Below, one piece after another: positions 16,184 through 30,850 of a stretch of DNA of 64,000 nucleotides. The DNA lies in the NCBI RefSeq assembly GCF_009914755.1, contig NC_060927.1; one strand, given 5' to 3'. The position numbers and the translations under genes were made by a program. How positions within the stretch are numbered: the stretch's first letter is position 1; the number at the start of each line of letters is the position of its first letter. Below the pieces are notes generated by a model. The model ran no database searches. It was given only the letters and a program-made list of their open reading frames with translations, and was not told where the DNA came from. Source of the DNA: the human T2T-CHM13v2.0 reference genome, Homo sapiens.

Positions 16184-18082
16184 ACTCTATCAGATATTAA
16201 TTAGTAAAGAATATAGAAATACTCTCTAGCATAGTTTACCTGCATTTCATAAGGGCAATCAAAATAGCTTTAAGCATGAGTAGTACAGGCATACTTCTCA
16301 AACTTTAAGGCTGTGTGATATATAAACAAACACCTGGCAACTGCCATATGGAAACGGACAAACACCTAGGTAGGTGGGGTAGAGATGGAACAAAGTGGAA
16401 AAACACAAGTCAGGTAAGTAAAAAAGCTCATCGAGGGCTGAAATGTCCCAAAGACTTGGAGAGTCAGGCCTTCCTAGGAGCTTTCCATCTTACAAAGCTG
16501 AGTACTGGCAAATGTTACCAGAGAGATTTAGCACGAGGAGGAAGCTGGTTTAATGAAAAGAGCTGCGTCAATCATGAGCCGATGGAAGTCCTGCTCTAGC
16601 CTTTGGCTATCGAGCCATAAAATCCGTTGCTTGGAAATATGAAACCCTTTTGGCTACTTAATGTTTTCTCCAATTCCTCTAACTCAGGGAAAAGGATCAT
16701 GGAAAGAAACCAAGGAGGGCAAAGCAAGGAGAAAGGCCAGAAATCCAAAGAGGAAGACCAGAAACAGGAAGAAAAAATACAACATAAAATTGTGGGAGAA
16801 AAAAAAATGCTCACAGGGAGACTGGATGCTCCCAGGGTGAAAATGATGAAAAATCTGTGCGAAAGAGCATGCCCAAGCAGTTAGCAAAGACCTTTGTGAA
16901 TTTATGTACAAAACCACAAATTACACACATGCTTCCCAGGAACAACAAATGCTGCCCATAAAAATAAATACCTGCCATTAAAATAAATAATAAGGAGGGG
17001 AAGGAGAGAGAGGGTCAGGGAAATAATACAATAAGCCAAGGTTAAAAAAAAAAAAAAGCTAGAAGAAGTTGAACTTGACCTAGAATTTGATAGTCAGTTA
17101 CTTAATCCAGAAAAAATGAAACTGCCAGGCAAAAGTACTAGCACAACTGGCTATGAAAAAAACTAAAGGCATTCACAAAGGTATTGGTAACTCGTCTTAT
17201 GATCAGTTTCTCCCTAACACTAAAGTTTCCAATTAAAAATAAAAAACAAGTGAGGTAAAAGGAATGATTCTAACTATAGTCCCTTCGCATAGAAGTAGGT
17301 CAAAACAGAAGAGGCTTACTGGGATGGGGAAACAGACAAATTCCATTTTGTAATACACCATGGAGAAAGGTGTTTATTGAAAGTGGCAGCTTTAGCACCA
17401 TTGTTTTGCACTCTGAGATTAGTGATTTTTGAATCACCTCCTATGGTATTACTTTTACTGTGCATTTAGCAATGTCAGCTGAGATATAATTATGCCAAAC
17501 CTAGTGATATGATCATCTACCTTTCAGGTTCAGCTAAAGAGTTCTCACTCCATCAAGACTTCTTTTTCTCTGAAAAGGATTCCCACTAAAATACTGTCAT
17601 TTCCTTTGCTTTGTCACAATCACATTTTGGTATAGGCTGGACTGGGTCAGTGCTGTGAATCTGAGAGGAGATAATGTACTTCAAGTCCCAAAGTATTTTG
17701 AGTTGCTGGTATGCCACATAGGATTACAATCACAAAAGAAAGTTAATAGTGTGACTCAATGCTGAGAGTCCTAGCTACGGGAAAGTGAGACAAGATTGGT
17801 TTCATACCTGGCAGCACTAGAATTTAACGTTAATATGAAGTGTCCTGATTAGCTATTATATAAAACACTGAAAGAAGAAATTTCTGTTCAGGAGGTATTC
17901 AGAAGAACTGAGGAGGATAGCTGGCTATTTAGTGCCAGAGAGCCAAGTCAACTTCCAATCCCCATGGGCTTCTTCAGTGCACATGACCTATGGCCAAGCC
18001 CCATCTTTTTATTTCACAACTGTTAACTTCCCAAATGGGTTAGCAAGGGAAAACTATCATTATTATAAAGAAGCGCAGATAA

Positions 18083-18381
18083 GGCAGACACAATGGCTCA
18101 CACCTGTAATCCCAGCACTTTGGGAGGCTGAGGCGGGCGGATCACCTCAGGTCGGGAGTTCGAGACCAGCCTGGCCAACATGGTGAACCCTTTCTGTAAT
18201 AAAAATACAAAAATTACCTGGGTGTTGTGGCGCACACCTGTAGTCCCAGCTACTCAGGAGACTGAGGCAGCAGAATCACTTGAACCCTGGAGGCAGAGGT
18301 TGCAGTGAGCCAAGATCATACCACTGCACTCCAGCCTGGACGACACAGCAAGACTCTGTTGGTGGCGGTGGGGGGAGGGAG
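18083..18381 (+). mobile_element. AluS with G-rich tail
   Basis: Full dimer; degenerate TSD 'aagc(g/a)cagata'. Confidence 0.93.
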
Positions 18382-18499
18382 AAAGAAAAAGCACAGATAT
18401 GTCAAGTCAGATTCACTTCATCAACTCTAAGATTTAAATAATACTAACACTTTACTCACTATTTAAACTACGTTGTTTTTCGTCCATTAGCTCTTCCTC

Positions 18500-18780
18500 A
18501 GCAATCTGATCCCATGTGATATATATTGAAGAAAGACTTTCACAGATCAAATAAGGTAGGGAAATTCTGAAAACTAAACTGTATTCCTAGAAATATACCA
18601 TGGTATGAGCATATTAAAGACCCTGAGAAGTTCTGCAGTAAAGAAATCTGATATTGCCCTCTGTATTCTCCTAAAGCGTTTTAGCTTGGGGACGATTTTC
18701 CCTTTGTTCTTTATATAAAATACGTATTACCATCTCATACTCAGAGCCCTATAAAATATACTTCAAGAAATACTGAGGGG
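18500..18780 (+). mobile_element. MER103-like DNA transposon
   Basis: 'catattaaagaccctgagaagttctgcagtaaagaaatctg' MER103 motif; strand tentative. Confidence 0.65.
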
Positions 18781-18894
18781 CCCCTTAATTACACTATAAG
18801 ACTCTTAACATACAGTAGGTTTGTAAAAAGATAGTAAAAAGGATTAAAGATTCCTCAGAATTAGCTTTTCATGGGCAGCAAAAGAAGTGAGAAA

Positions 18895-19115
18895 AGAATG
18901 GTATTTATTGCTACCTACCACGTGGCCGCATTCCATTAGGCGCATTTCAGTCTCAGTAAATCACCGCAACAATTCTCTAGTAGGTATCATTATTCTCTTT
19001 TATGCAGAAGAGAAAACCAAAGTTCATAGATGCCACATAGCCCACTCACGGTCCCAGAGTTAAGAGACGGCAGGGCAGGGATTTGAAAGGCCTGTGCCCT
19101 TTCCCCTATATCACA
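18895..19115 (-). mobile_element. MIR
   Basis: 'gtaggtatcattattctcttttatgcagaagagaaaac...ggatttgaa'. Confidence 0.7.
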
Positions 19116-20913
19116 GTGGTGTAATCTTTTCACACTATGCATACTTCTATAAAGCAAAACCATTCTGAAATATCTGTCCTGTGTGACATCACAATATTGT
19201 TAATGGTTTCCTTCTGTTTCCAGTTGTCTGCTTAGTATAATGAAATTAAACCATTAAAATGGAAATGGAACTTGTTCCGTGACCTTCCCTTTGTGAGAAT
19301 ATGCCAAATTAAATCAACATGGGATTTTTGGAGGATGTGCCATTTTTTTTTAAGAACAGGGTCTTTCTGCCAAGACAGGAAAACTTATAAGAAATTCAAC
19401 TACCTAGCTACAGGACCTCAAATATTAGGTTATAATACATGTTTCTGTAGGTTGTAAGTGTGTAAAAAAAAAAATAGGTTCCTTCAGGTTTAAGAAATCC
19501 AAGGTCATGAAAACAGGCATCTGGCCCAAGATAGAACCCTGGTCTAGAACACTAAGGAAAAGCTAGGCCATCTTTCATTTCTTCCTGACATCTTGGTCTC
19601 TCTAAACGGGTTCTCTTCGTTCTGCATGCTACATGAAAGGAAACAGCTACCATTAATTCTCCAGTATTGCTCTCTCCTCATATGTGAGGTCAAATAGATT
19701 CAAGATGGAATCTGAATGACAATTCTAAATTCTCTGAGGAATTAGAGCCCAACCTTGGAGGCAATCCTCCACGGGGACTATATGTAATATATTTATGTAA
19801 TGTAAATATGGCCAATGGAAATTACACAGCTGTAACCACACAAACTGGGACAAGCAGCCTCTGGAGAGCATGGAGAGCAGTGGTGTTTAGGCCACCAAAA
19901 CAGCTTATACAAAGACTTGACAAAAAGCACACAAGCTCGTCAATGGAAAATTTATGAGATAATGCTGAAGTGATTTTTAAATAGGAAGATCACGGGCAGC
20001 AAAGTGAGTCAAGTTTTAAATGAAAAGTAGAAAAAATATACCGTGCTGTTGCAACAAAAATAACCCAACTTGTGCTTATGCTGAAGTTATAAAAAGGAGA
20101 AAGAGAAAAACTTCACACCTGCAACAGCATCATTAAAACATAACAGGATGGTTTGGGTTTGTCAGAATTAAGGGCCACCTGCTGTTCCACACTTCACCCT
20201 CATCCCAATCCCAGTCCCTGAAAGAAATGAAAAGAAAGCTGAAGGAATTTTCATGGAGACAAAATCGAGCAGAGACTGGATCTGCCAAAGACTATTTTTC
20301 TAGTCTTCAAGAAATATCCTGAAGTACTGTTTCTAACAGCTTCATTTTAAAAAATATTTTAGCTCTTTGTTTGTCTTAGGCATTCAGAATATAAAATGTA
20401 CATTTTATATTTTAATTCTCTGTTAGAAAAACAGGGCATATGTTGTAAAAACGTATGGAGGTCTTCCTTTATAATTTGACGTTGATGCTTTTTCACAGAT
20501 AAGCATTTATCTTTCAGAATCTAAATAAAATGCCATATTTAAATTTTGGAATTTTAATCTGTATCTGGAAGAACCAAACAGAATTTTCACCATCTCTAAA
20601 TTACTGGATTGCAAGATTAAAGAATCAAGTACTTTGATCTTATTTAACTTGTACAGTACTCACAAAATTTAAAACACTGCACATATTTTAAACAAACTAA
20701 GTAAGCATTTACTTATATTTGATAATCTGGATATTTTTAAATTTTCTATTTTAAAATGAAGGTGAGTAGGAAAAATTACAGTCTCTTTAAAGTACCATGA
20801 GTTAAACTGCCACATTGATGGTACCATTTACCAACCAGCTATGAGAAGTAACAAAATAAAGTTGCACCAGGAATATTACTATTACTCTCTACAATCATTA
20901 CACAGATTACAAA

Positions 20914-21223
<310 letters not shown>

Positions 21224-21779
21224 CCAGATTACAGATTATCCTCATTTTACAGATGGGAACATCTAGGTTCAAAAAGGTAAAGGAATTTCCCAAGGATATA
21301 TAGCTATAGGCTAGGATTCATGGCCTGGTCTAATGTCAGAAGCACCCCCTATTACCACTGGCATCAACAGAAGACCAGAGTAGAGTTTAGGTTGTTAGTA
21401 AAGACATGTTTAATAAGCACAAAGCCTCTTGGTAATAATTAAAATTGAAAATCTTCATACAGATTTGTGATCTGGTCTCACAAAGTGAAAAGCTCAATGC
21501 ATTTCTTTTGCATTTATTGACTTTAATTTTCATTTCCATAGCTCTTTATAGCCTTCAAGATATTGTCACATTATCTCATTCTGACAGTTATATCCTTCAT
21601 ATTTTAGCATTTATTAAGTTGTTACATGTCTGACTCCAAAAGAAATGGAGGTACACCCTCCTATATATATCTCTACCTGTGATACATCATAGCAATCACC
21701 TTATGCATGATGCTCTGAAAAACAAATCCGAAATATGCAACAGCCTAGATAAATGGGATCACAAAATCCCTGGTGGGGA

Positions 21780-22079
21780 CTTTTAATTATATGCTAAGTA
21801 AGAGGCAGGTTATGCAGAACTTTCTGAAAAAGGGGCAGAGGGTTTTCAGAACGATATGAGATAACTTCTAGGCTGTTGCCATGGCACTTGTAAACTGTTC
21901 TGGCGCCAATGGGAGTGTCTTTATGCTAATGAGCAATGAAGGCAACTAGAGGTTGCTTTCCTCCCCACCTGGTAGTTTTGGCTGGCTTCTTCACTGCATC
22001 TGAAAACGGGATTGACTAAATCCTGCTTCTATTAGTGGGACCATGACCTGAAAACAAATCCTACAGGCCTCCTACCTCA
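21780..22079 (-). mobile_element. ERV1 LTR fragment (MER72/MER41-group)
   Basis: Reverse strand begins 'tgaggtaggag' and contains 'ctcattagcataaagacactccc...cagtttacaagtgccatggcaac'. Confidence 0.75.
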
Positions 22080-22268
22080 ACAAGGCAGCATCAACTGTTC
22101 TCACAATAAACCAAATATCAATGATTCCATGATTTGGTGAGAGCACTGCCTATTAGCATCTTTAAGTAGCACAAAACATGGCAGCAGACGCTCTCCTTCA
22201 TATTAGGTTGCATCTAGTCACTAGGCAAAATCTTGGTTAGTTTCCTTTCATTTTAAATTTTGCTCAGA

Positions 22269-22582
<314 letters not shown>

Positions 22583-22680
22583 TACTTGTCCAAATGAGTT
22601 GTTAGTTCCTCCTTTTATTCTCTATAAATGCTGCCAGTCGGGGGCAGTGTGTAAAAAGCAGAAAAACAAAGTCAAAAAAT

Positions 22681-22732
22681 AATGGAGGGTTAAAAAAAAA
22701 AAAAGAAAAAAAAGAAAAAACAATGGAGGGTT
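22681..22732 (+). mobile_element. Poly(A)-only insertion flanked by a TSD
   Basis: 'aatggagggtt' at 22681-22691 and 22722-22732 brackets a ~29-nt A tract. Confidence 0.75.
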
Positions 22733-22893
22733 CCACTCCTTTAAAAGATATTCTGTCCATGACAACTCCCCCTCTGCCCATTTCCTGAAAGAATAAAAAG
22801 GATATGTAGTTCTTTCTCTCTGACATCTTCTGAATAAAGTATCACCTTCAATTCAAACAGGTAAAATATCTTGAAAAAGTGGTCAGAGGAGCT

Positions 22894-23211
22894 GGCCAGG
22901 CACGGTGGCTCACACCTGCAATCCCAGCACTTTGGGAGGCCGAGGCGTGCAGATCACTTGAGGTCAGGAGTTTGAGAACATCCTAGCCGACATGGTGAAA
23001 ATCCATCTCTACTAAAAATACAAAAATTAGCTAGGTGTGGTGGTGCATGCCTGTAATCCCAGCTACTCGGGAGGCTTAGGCAGGAGAATCACTTGAACCC
23101 AGGAGGCAGAGGTTGCAGTGAGCTGAAATCACACCAGTGCACTCAAATCTGGGCAACAGAGTGAGACTCTGTCTCAAACAAAGAAACAAATAAACAAACA
23201 AACAAAAAAAT
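22894..23211 (+). mobile_element. AluSx/Sz-like
   Basis: Full dimer with (AAAC)n tail. Confidence 0.94.
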
Positions 23212-23599
23212 AAAAGTGGTATGATGGAGGATTGTTTTGAAAGTGTTTTGTTCAATTTGAAGTCAACACCGTGACTAACAAGTTTGACTGACAGTGTCCC
23301 TCAATCAGACACACTTAGAAGCTCCACAGACTTGACCAGAGGTTCCACAGACATTCTGGGTACTTCAAAAAATCACACCACAGGCTCAAGTGTGCCATGT
23401 CACACTCTTTTCAAAACTTGACAATGCCAAGTCAATCAAGGAAACTGATTAAGTGATGCCGACACCCTCTTGCCTCCCCAGAATCCCTTTAAAACCAAGA
23501 CCAACTGTGTCCAATCTCTATTAGGGCCAGTAACTTTTACTAAGAAAAAATATTTCCTACTGTGGCCCAGATCCTGATGACAGTCAACAGCGTTAACGT

Positions 23600-26215
23600 T
23601 TTTACTTTTTAATTTTAGACTAGTTTTAAATCTACAGAAAAATTATAAAGAGTTCAGAGTTCCCATATATGCCACACCTAGTTTCCACTATTATTAGCAA
23701 CTTCCATATATGATAGAGTTGTTACAATCATTGAACTAGCATTCATAAATTATTATTTATATTAATTTATTTTTCGTTTTTTTTTTGAGTCAGGGTCTTT
23801 GCCACTCAAGCTGGAGTACAGTGACGTGATCAGAGCTCACTGCAGCCTCAAACTCCTGGGCTCAAGTGATTCTCCTGCCTCAGCCTCCTGAGTAACTCGG
23901 ATTACCGGGCATTATCACACCTAATTTGTTTTTTATTTTTTGGTAGAGACCAACTCTTACTATGCTTCCCAGACTGGTCTCAGACTCTTGGTGTGAGCTA
24001 CCATGCCTGGCCTCTGAGACATTACTATTAACAAAAGCCTCTATTTTATTGGGATTTCCTTAGTTTTCAATCTAATATGCTTTTTCTACTCCAGGACCCC
24101 ATCCAAGATACCATATTAACATAACTTATGTCGCTTAAGACTTTTCTTAGTTGTGACAGTTTATGAGACCTTTACTGTTTCTTATGACCTTAATAGTACT
24201 GAGGCAAGTATGTTGCTGAAGTCCCTCAGTTAAGGTTTGTCTGATGTCTTTCTCATGATTGCACTATGTCTATGGTTTTTTGGGAGGAACACCACAAAGA
24301 TAAAGTGCCATACTCATCACATCATAGCAACGTCCATATTATCAACATGACTTATCACCGATGATGTTAACCTTGATCACTGGTTGAAGTATTGTTTATT
24401 CAATTTTTGCATTCTGAAGTTACTCTTTTTTCCTCCTTTTTAAGCTGTACACTTTGGACAAGAAACCACGTGTGGCCGACATTTAAGATGTGAGAGCTAG
24501 GCTCCAGCTCCTTGCAGTATTTATGAGAACTATCCGGAATTCTGCTAAACAGATTTTTCAATTCTACCTCATTTATTTGTTTATTCAATCATTTATTTCC
24601 ATCCCTATTTATTCAAATCTTTTTTTATATTTTGGGTTATAATTCAATAGTGTTTATTCTGCTGTTCGAAGCGACCCATCTTTGGCGCTTGGGAACTCCT
24701 TGAGTTGGCTCCTATGTCCCTTTAACACACTCCCATTATTGTGATTTATTTTGTTGTGTTTTCTGAGCACTGTCTTACTTCTTGGCACTATAACGTGCTC
24801 CAGGCTCATCATGTATATTTCTTGCTGAAGTCCCAGAATTTGCCATTTCTCCAAAGAACCTTGGTTTCTTTTATTGGGAAATGGAATTAGAAACAAAGAT
24901 CTGGGTGTTAGGTGTATTTGTTGCTCCCACGGTTTATTCGTGAAGCAGAAATGTACCCTGGTTTTAGTAAATGCAGAATGTCAGGTATCCACCATTTACA
25001 GCGTCAAATTGAATAGTTTCATGGTGTGGGGAAAAAAAAAAATCGCATGTTTCACCTATTAAACCTCACCCCAGAACCTTCAGTAACAATGATTTGTTTA
25101 CCATCTCCATGGTTTTGTCTTTACCAGAAAGTTAATAAAGTTGCATCATGCAGTAGATAGCCTTTTCAGACTAGCTTCTTTCCTTAGCAATATACATTTA
25201 CTATTCATCCATGTTTCTATGTATAGTTCATTCCTTTTTATTGCTGAGTAATGTTCCATTCTACAGATGTAACAGAGCTTGTTTATTCATTCACTTATTG
25301 AAGGACATTTTGGTTGTTTCCAGTTTGGGGAATTATGAATAAAGCTGAGACAAACATTCCAGTGCAGGGTTTTCTAATTTCATAAGTTTTCATATCAGTT
25401 GGGTAAATACCTAGGTATATGACTGCTGGATTGTATGGTAAAACTATGTTTAACTTTGTAGGAAACTGCAAAACTGTCTTTCAAAGCGCCTGTGCTATTT
25501 TACATTCTCATAAGCAATGTATGAGAGTCCTTGTTGCTCTACATCCTCCCTATTAATGGTATTGTCAGTTTTTGGTATTTGGTATTTGCTCTACATCCTC
25601 CCTATTAATGGTATTGTCACACACCAGTGGCTGTGTGATAGTATCATCTTGTACTAATTTGCAACTCTCTACCAACATGTGACGTTGAACATCTTTTCAT
25701 ATGTACGTTTTCCATCTGCACATCTTTAGTGAGCTATGTATTCAGATCTTTTGATCATTTTTAAAATTAGCTTGTTTTGTTTTCTTACTGTTGAGTTGTA
25801 AGGGTTCTTTCTATATTATGGATACAAGTCCTTTATCAGATTTGTATTTTGTGTTCTCCCAGACTCTGGCTTGGCTTTTTTCTTCATAGTGTCTTTTGCA
25901 TAGCTTAAGTTTTCATTTTAATTAAGTGTAACTTACGATTTTTTTCATGCATTATGTTTTTGGTGGTGTATATACCTACTAACACATTACCAAATACAAG
26001 ATCCCAGATTTTTTTCTAGATTTTATACTTTTGCATTTCACATTTAGGTCTATTATTCATTTGAGTTTTTTTGTGACATATGCAAGGTCTTTGCTTAAGT
26101 TCATATTTTTACAGTGGATGTTCAACTGTTCTACCACCATTTGTTGAAAAGTTATCCTTTCTCCATGTAGTCACTTTTGTGCCCTTGTCAAAGGTTGACT
26201 GAATTTGTGTGAGTT
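23600..26215 (-). mobile_element. Ancient L1M (L1MC/MD-type) 3'UTR and ORF2 end, fragmented
   Basis: Reverse L1 motifs 'tatggtaaaactatgtttaactttgtaggaaactgc', 'tggatacaagtcctttatcagat', 'caccatttgttgaaaag'. Confidence 0.85.
23766..24012 (-). mobile_element. AluJ, internally deleted, within L1M
   Basis: 'gctcactgcagcctcaaactcctgggctcaagtgat'; part of the left arm is missing. Confidence 0.85.
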
Positions 26216-29200
26216 AGTCAACTGTTTTTCAAAAAGGCTCAGCATTTTCGAAAATCCAAGAAAACAGGAAGGTTTAACTTGAAGCCAAGAGCAACTTGAC
26301 AGTGGCAGGGCAATGTCATCACTACTGTGTATGTAGGTCAAACCAAGAATGTTACACAGTCATAACGGAGGTGGGCTGCGTACAGAACACCCTGCATCTC
26401 CTAAATGGTTTATAATCACTGATTAATCCTCTGTGAGTATAGACAGGCCTCATTAGCTCTAGTAACAAGGAAAGACAGTGTTAGATTGATAAAGCTAAGG
26501 TTGGGAAAGAGAAATTAGAGCAGAAGAGCTGTAAAAAGGATGGAAAGTGCCATGCCCGCAAACTTTGTAGATGGATGTTTTTATTGTATTTGTTTTTTTT
26601 TTTTAACAAATACCACCATCTTTTCATTTTCTTCCTATGTTCTACACTCCCTCAAATTAGGAGGCATAAGATATTTAAATTCAAATGGGAGCTTTCTACT
26701 CTAGCTCCCACTGATGTGTATTTCTTATTAAAGCTTTGTGATTATTTTGTATTTTACCAGTTCATGCCCGTAGAGTGTTGAGGCCTATTTTATCAAAACT
26801 GAAATAGCTCGTGATTAGAGCTTACTTAAAATATGCAAACCAAGACAAGGTCAAAGCAACCTTTCTTTCAGAGGGTCCTGTGGGGGATCAAATGGTATAC
26901 ATTGTGATTCATTTTCATTCTTCTTCTGTGTGTTTACCCATGATGGCCAGGGAACACAAAATACAAGCCTCTCACTGGAGTCAGCGTGCAAAATGTGAAA
27001 CCCCCTAATGTCAAACTGCAATCAACACATCACAAGCCTGTCATTAAATTGGCTTCACAAAATAAGAGTGAGAAAAAAGACAAATGAAGTTACCACACGT
27101 AATACAGAATTGAAGTGGATGAGGCTGAAGTTTAGAAGAGAAGTTGTCCTCTGAGGACCGAAGTATAAATGCAGTTTTTAAATTAGGCCATGGAGGGAAA
27201 CTCTTGGATTGTTCCATTGCTGGTGCCCTCGGAAGCCTTCACGGGTTTCCTGTGAAACACGCAATGTAAAGCAGTGAATGCAGAATATTTGATCCTATCT
27301 TTGTGTTAATGAGTCTTCAATCTAGAGAGTGGGTGATCACTTACAAAAATGGCATTCTGCTGAATCACCAGCCCTGCCTATTACATTCACCCTGCTCCTG
27401 CACAAAGCCAGAAAAACTGAACAACAAGCAGCAAATAAATTTCAATAAACAGATTTATTGTCCTATTTCAATACAAATCACAGTCTATTAAGAATAATGC
27501 ACTCTAGTCCAGGTTCTGACAGTCAAAGATGCTGATTTAAGAAGAGAATTGTGCTCCTAATTTAATTCATTCATTTGCATCTCTCTCTTCTAAGTATGAT
27601 ATAATTCAGCCTTACTGATCATAGCTGGTAATCACTCCTCTGTTTTATGGTTAAAATTGTGCTTTTAAAAAATTACAATTCTACCTATTTATGTGGGGAT
27701 TTTTATATATTATGGTTCTAGGATGAATGGTTATTAGATGACAATAATGAAAAAGGCAAGGTTTATCAAAGTGACCTCTGAAATTACCCCATACATTTTC
27801 AAAATGATGCACCTGTATTACACAGAGCATCATAGATTCCAAGCACATTTTCCATAACTAATGATATGACTTGGACCATCTACACCTTTTGTCAGCACTG
27901 TTTTCTGATTTCAACATAGTACAATCCATTGAATGTCAGACTCTAACAGGTGTCTATGAACTCAGGGATCTTGACAGTTTCTTTCTTTTTTTTTTTTTTT
28001 TTTTTTTACCATTATTACATTAAAGGCAAACAGAATTCAGTTCCTTCAAAATTAGACATTTTCAACTTATGTCCCAGCTTTCTGTTATTCCACCTCACTT
28101 TTGTACTTGGTAAAATAAATAGATCACACCGTAGATGCTGACATGCTTCTATCACATATTATGATATTTTGGCTTTATTTTTTAGTTGAAAAAGTGACTG
28201 TATTTTGTAAAATTATACACAACCAAGAGTTTAAATTGGATTCAATGTGTGTATGCTTTCCGCTGAATGATTCCTTTTTCTCTGGGTCTTGCCTCAAACA
28301 AGAAACCATTAATGAGTAGTGAAAGCTTTGGACACAGATTTTGTGAAGTTTCATATGAGTTAAGGAGTGCCTTCATTTCATCCTTCAAATTTTGACAGTA
28401 ACTATTTTTATAAAGAAATTAATTCAGCTTTTCCAAACTTCTTTACATTGCATCATAATATATATCACACCATGATGACAAACATTGAATCTATTTCTAT
28501 TAAAGACAAACATGCACAATTTCCATCTCAAGTGAAATCTTGAGCAAGGATGGAAACTTCTCAAAGAAAGAAAAAATAGTAAGCCACCTTGTATTCTTAA
28601 GAATGCAGAATTTCAAAATGAGACATTTCTGAGCTGCCTCTCACAAAGCAATTTTTTTTTTAGCCGCAGGGCACCCCAGTAGAAGTTAAAAATAGATTAC
28701 ACTTCTATTCATCTAAAAGAAGGACACTAATATGAGCACTGTAGCTTTCTGCACTTCAGTAAAAATCAGAAATGATCTGCAGCCCGGTGAATAAAGTTGA
28801 TTCACTTAGAGAACACCAGCATTTCTCTCCTCACCTAGCTTTTGAAAGCAAGCATGAGACAGCCCCTGCCTACAAAATTGCAGAGGAATTACTCTCAATT
28901 ACAGGCTTCTGTCTGTTAAAAAGTAGAGCTGGTGATCAGTCTGACCTTTTTTCTCTGACAAGTCAAATAAATGAAAGGGAAAAAAAAATCTGACAGGTGT
29001 TCAATTTAGAAGCTGGGGGTGGGGGGGAAAGAGGAGAAAGAAAAGAAAAGCTTGTATTCTCTAACTAGATCTCCGGATTTTTTTGTATTATTCATCTTAT
29101 TTTAAAAGTTCCTTTTCAGTGAATAAATTGCATGTGGCAATGTAATTTTCTTAAAGTCACTCACCTAATGTTTTAATTTGAGTATCATTTACTGAAATCT

Positions 29201-30246
29201 TCCCACAATCAATCATTCAGGCTTTTAGTTTCATACTTTAGATACTTTAGGGCAATTCTGCTGAATGCTACAACTCCGCCCTACCCCCATTCTTCCTTCC
29301 TTCTTATAAGTAGATTACAAATGACCACAGAAGAATGACTTTTCTGGTTCCCTGCATTTGCTATATTTATTGCAAGACATGGCTTGTAAACACCAGCCTC
29401 CACATTTTACCTGATAATGCGATCATTACAGAATTCACTAGAATTTGGTCGGCATTGGTATTATTTGAATGTGAATGTTTTAGTAATGACATGAATCGTT
29501 TTTCAGCTCTCTGACATTTACCCACGTTTTTTCATTTCAAAAGAGTTAACTACTTTGCTAAGGACTGAAAAAGTTGTTCTGATGAAAGTTAAATTCTAAA
29601 ACATTCTGTATTCTTCGGAGTTGGTTGGTTAGGTTCTTGATAATCCAGCACTTGTTCAGCAAAACTACTAATTAGAGGTGGAAGCCATGTATGCATTGAA
29701 CAGTTACCTCTTCAAGTTTCAAAGAGAGAAGAAGGACCAAAGGATGCTCTTTCCCTTAGGAACCCATCTGACCTGCATTTAGGCCAGTTAATGATGACTT
29801 CCATTCAGCTTTGAAACATGTTTCTTTTAAGTCAGCTACTTTTCAGTAGGGAAAAACTATTTTGAGAATTAATCATTCTCAAACATCATACAGAAGCCAA
29901 CCAGTTAAAATACCACAATCTTAAACAGACCTGCAAACAACATTTGGAAAGTTGAATTGTGATTGACTGATGACATCACAGAACCAAAATAACGTCCCAC
30001 ATTCACTTCTTGCTCTGTTATTTTTGTTTGCTTCATAACAGTCAGAACTGCTTTTCTGAGATGGCTGAGACAGTTTTCTCAGAAATGACGCAGTGAAATG
30101 GCTAATGGCCAGAGAGTGGGAGTGAGATGAGACCAGAAAAAAAAAAAAGAAAAACTAAAAGAAAAAAGGTGGAAAAGGACAAAGGTGATGTACACATACC
30201 CCTAAAAGCTGGCCAAAAGATAGTTATAGTAAAAATTCTAAGGGAG

Positions 30247-30850
<604 letters not shown>

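Noticed and set aside
16627-16884. Lys/Glu/Gln-rich 85-aa ORF
   Set aside because: Purine-rich low-complexity DNA with a non-ATG start; no recognisable domain or splice context
21875-21887. RFX X-box-like GTTGCCATGGCAC
   Set aside because: Part of the LTR family consensus; no locus-specific evidence of function
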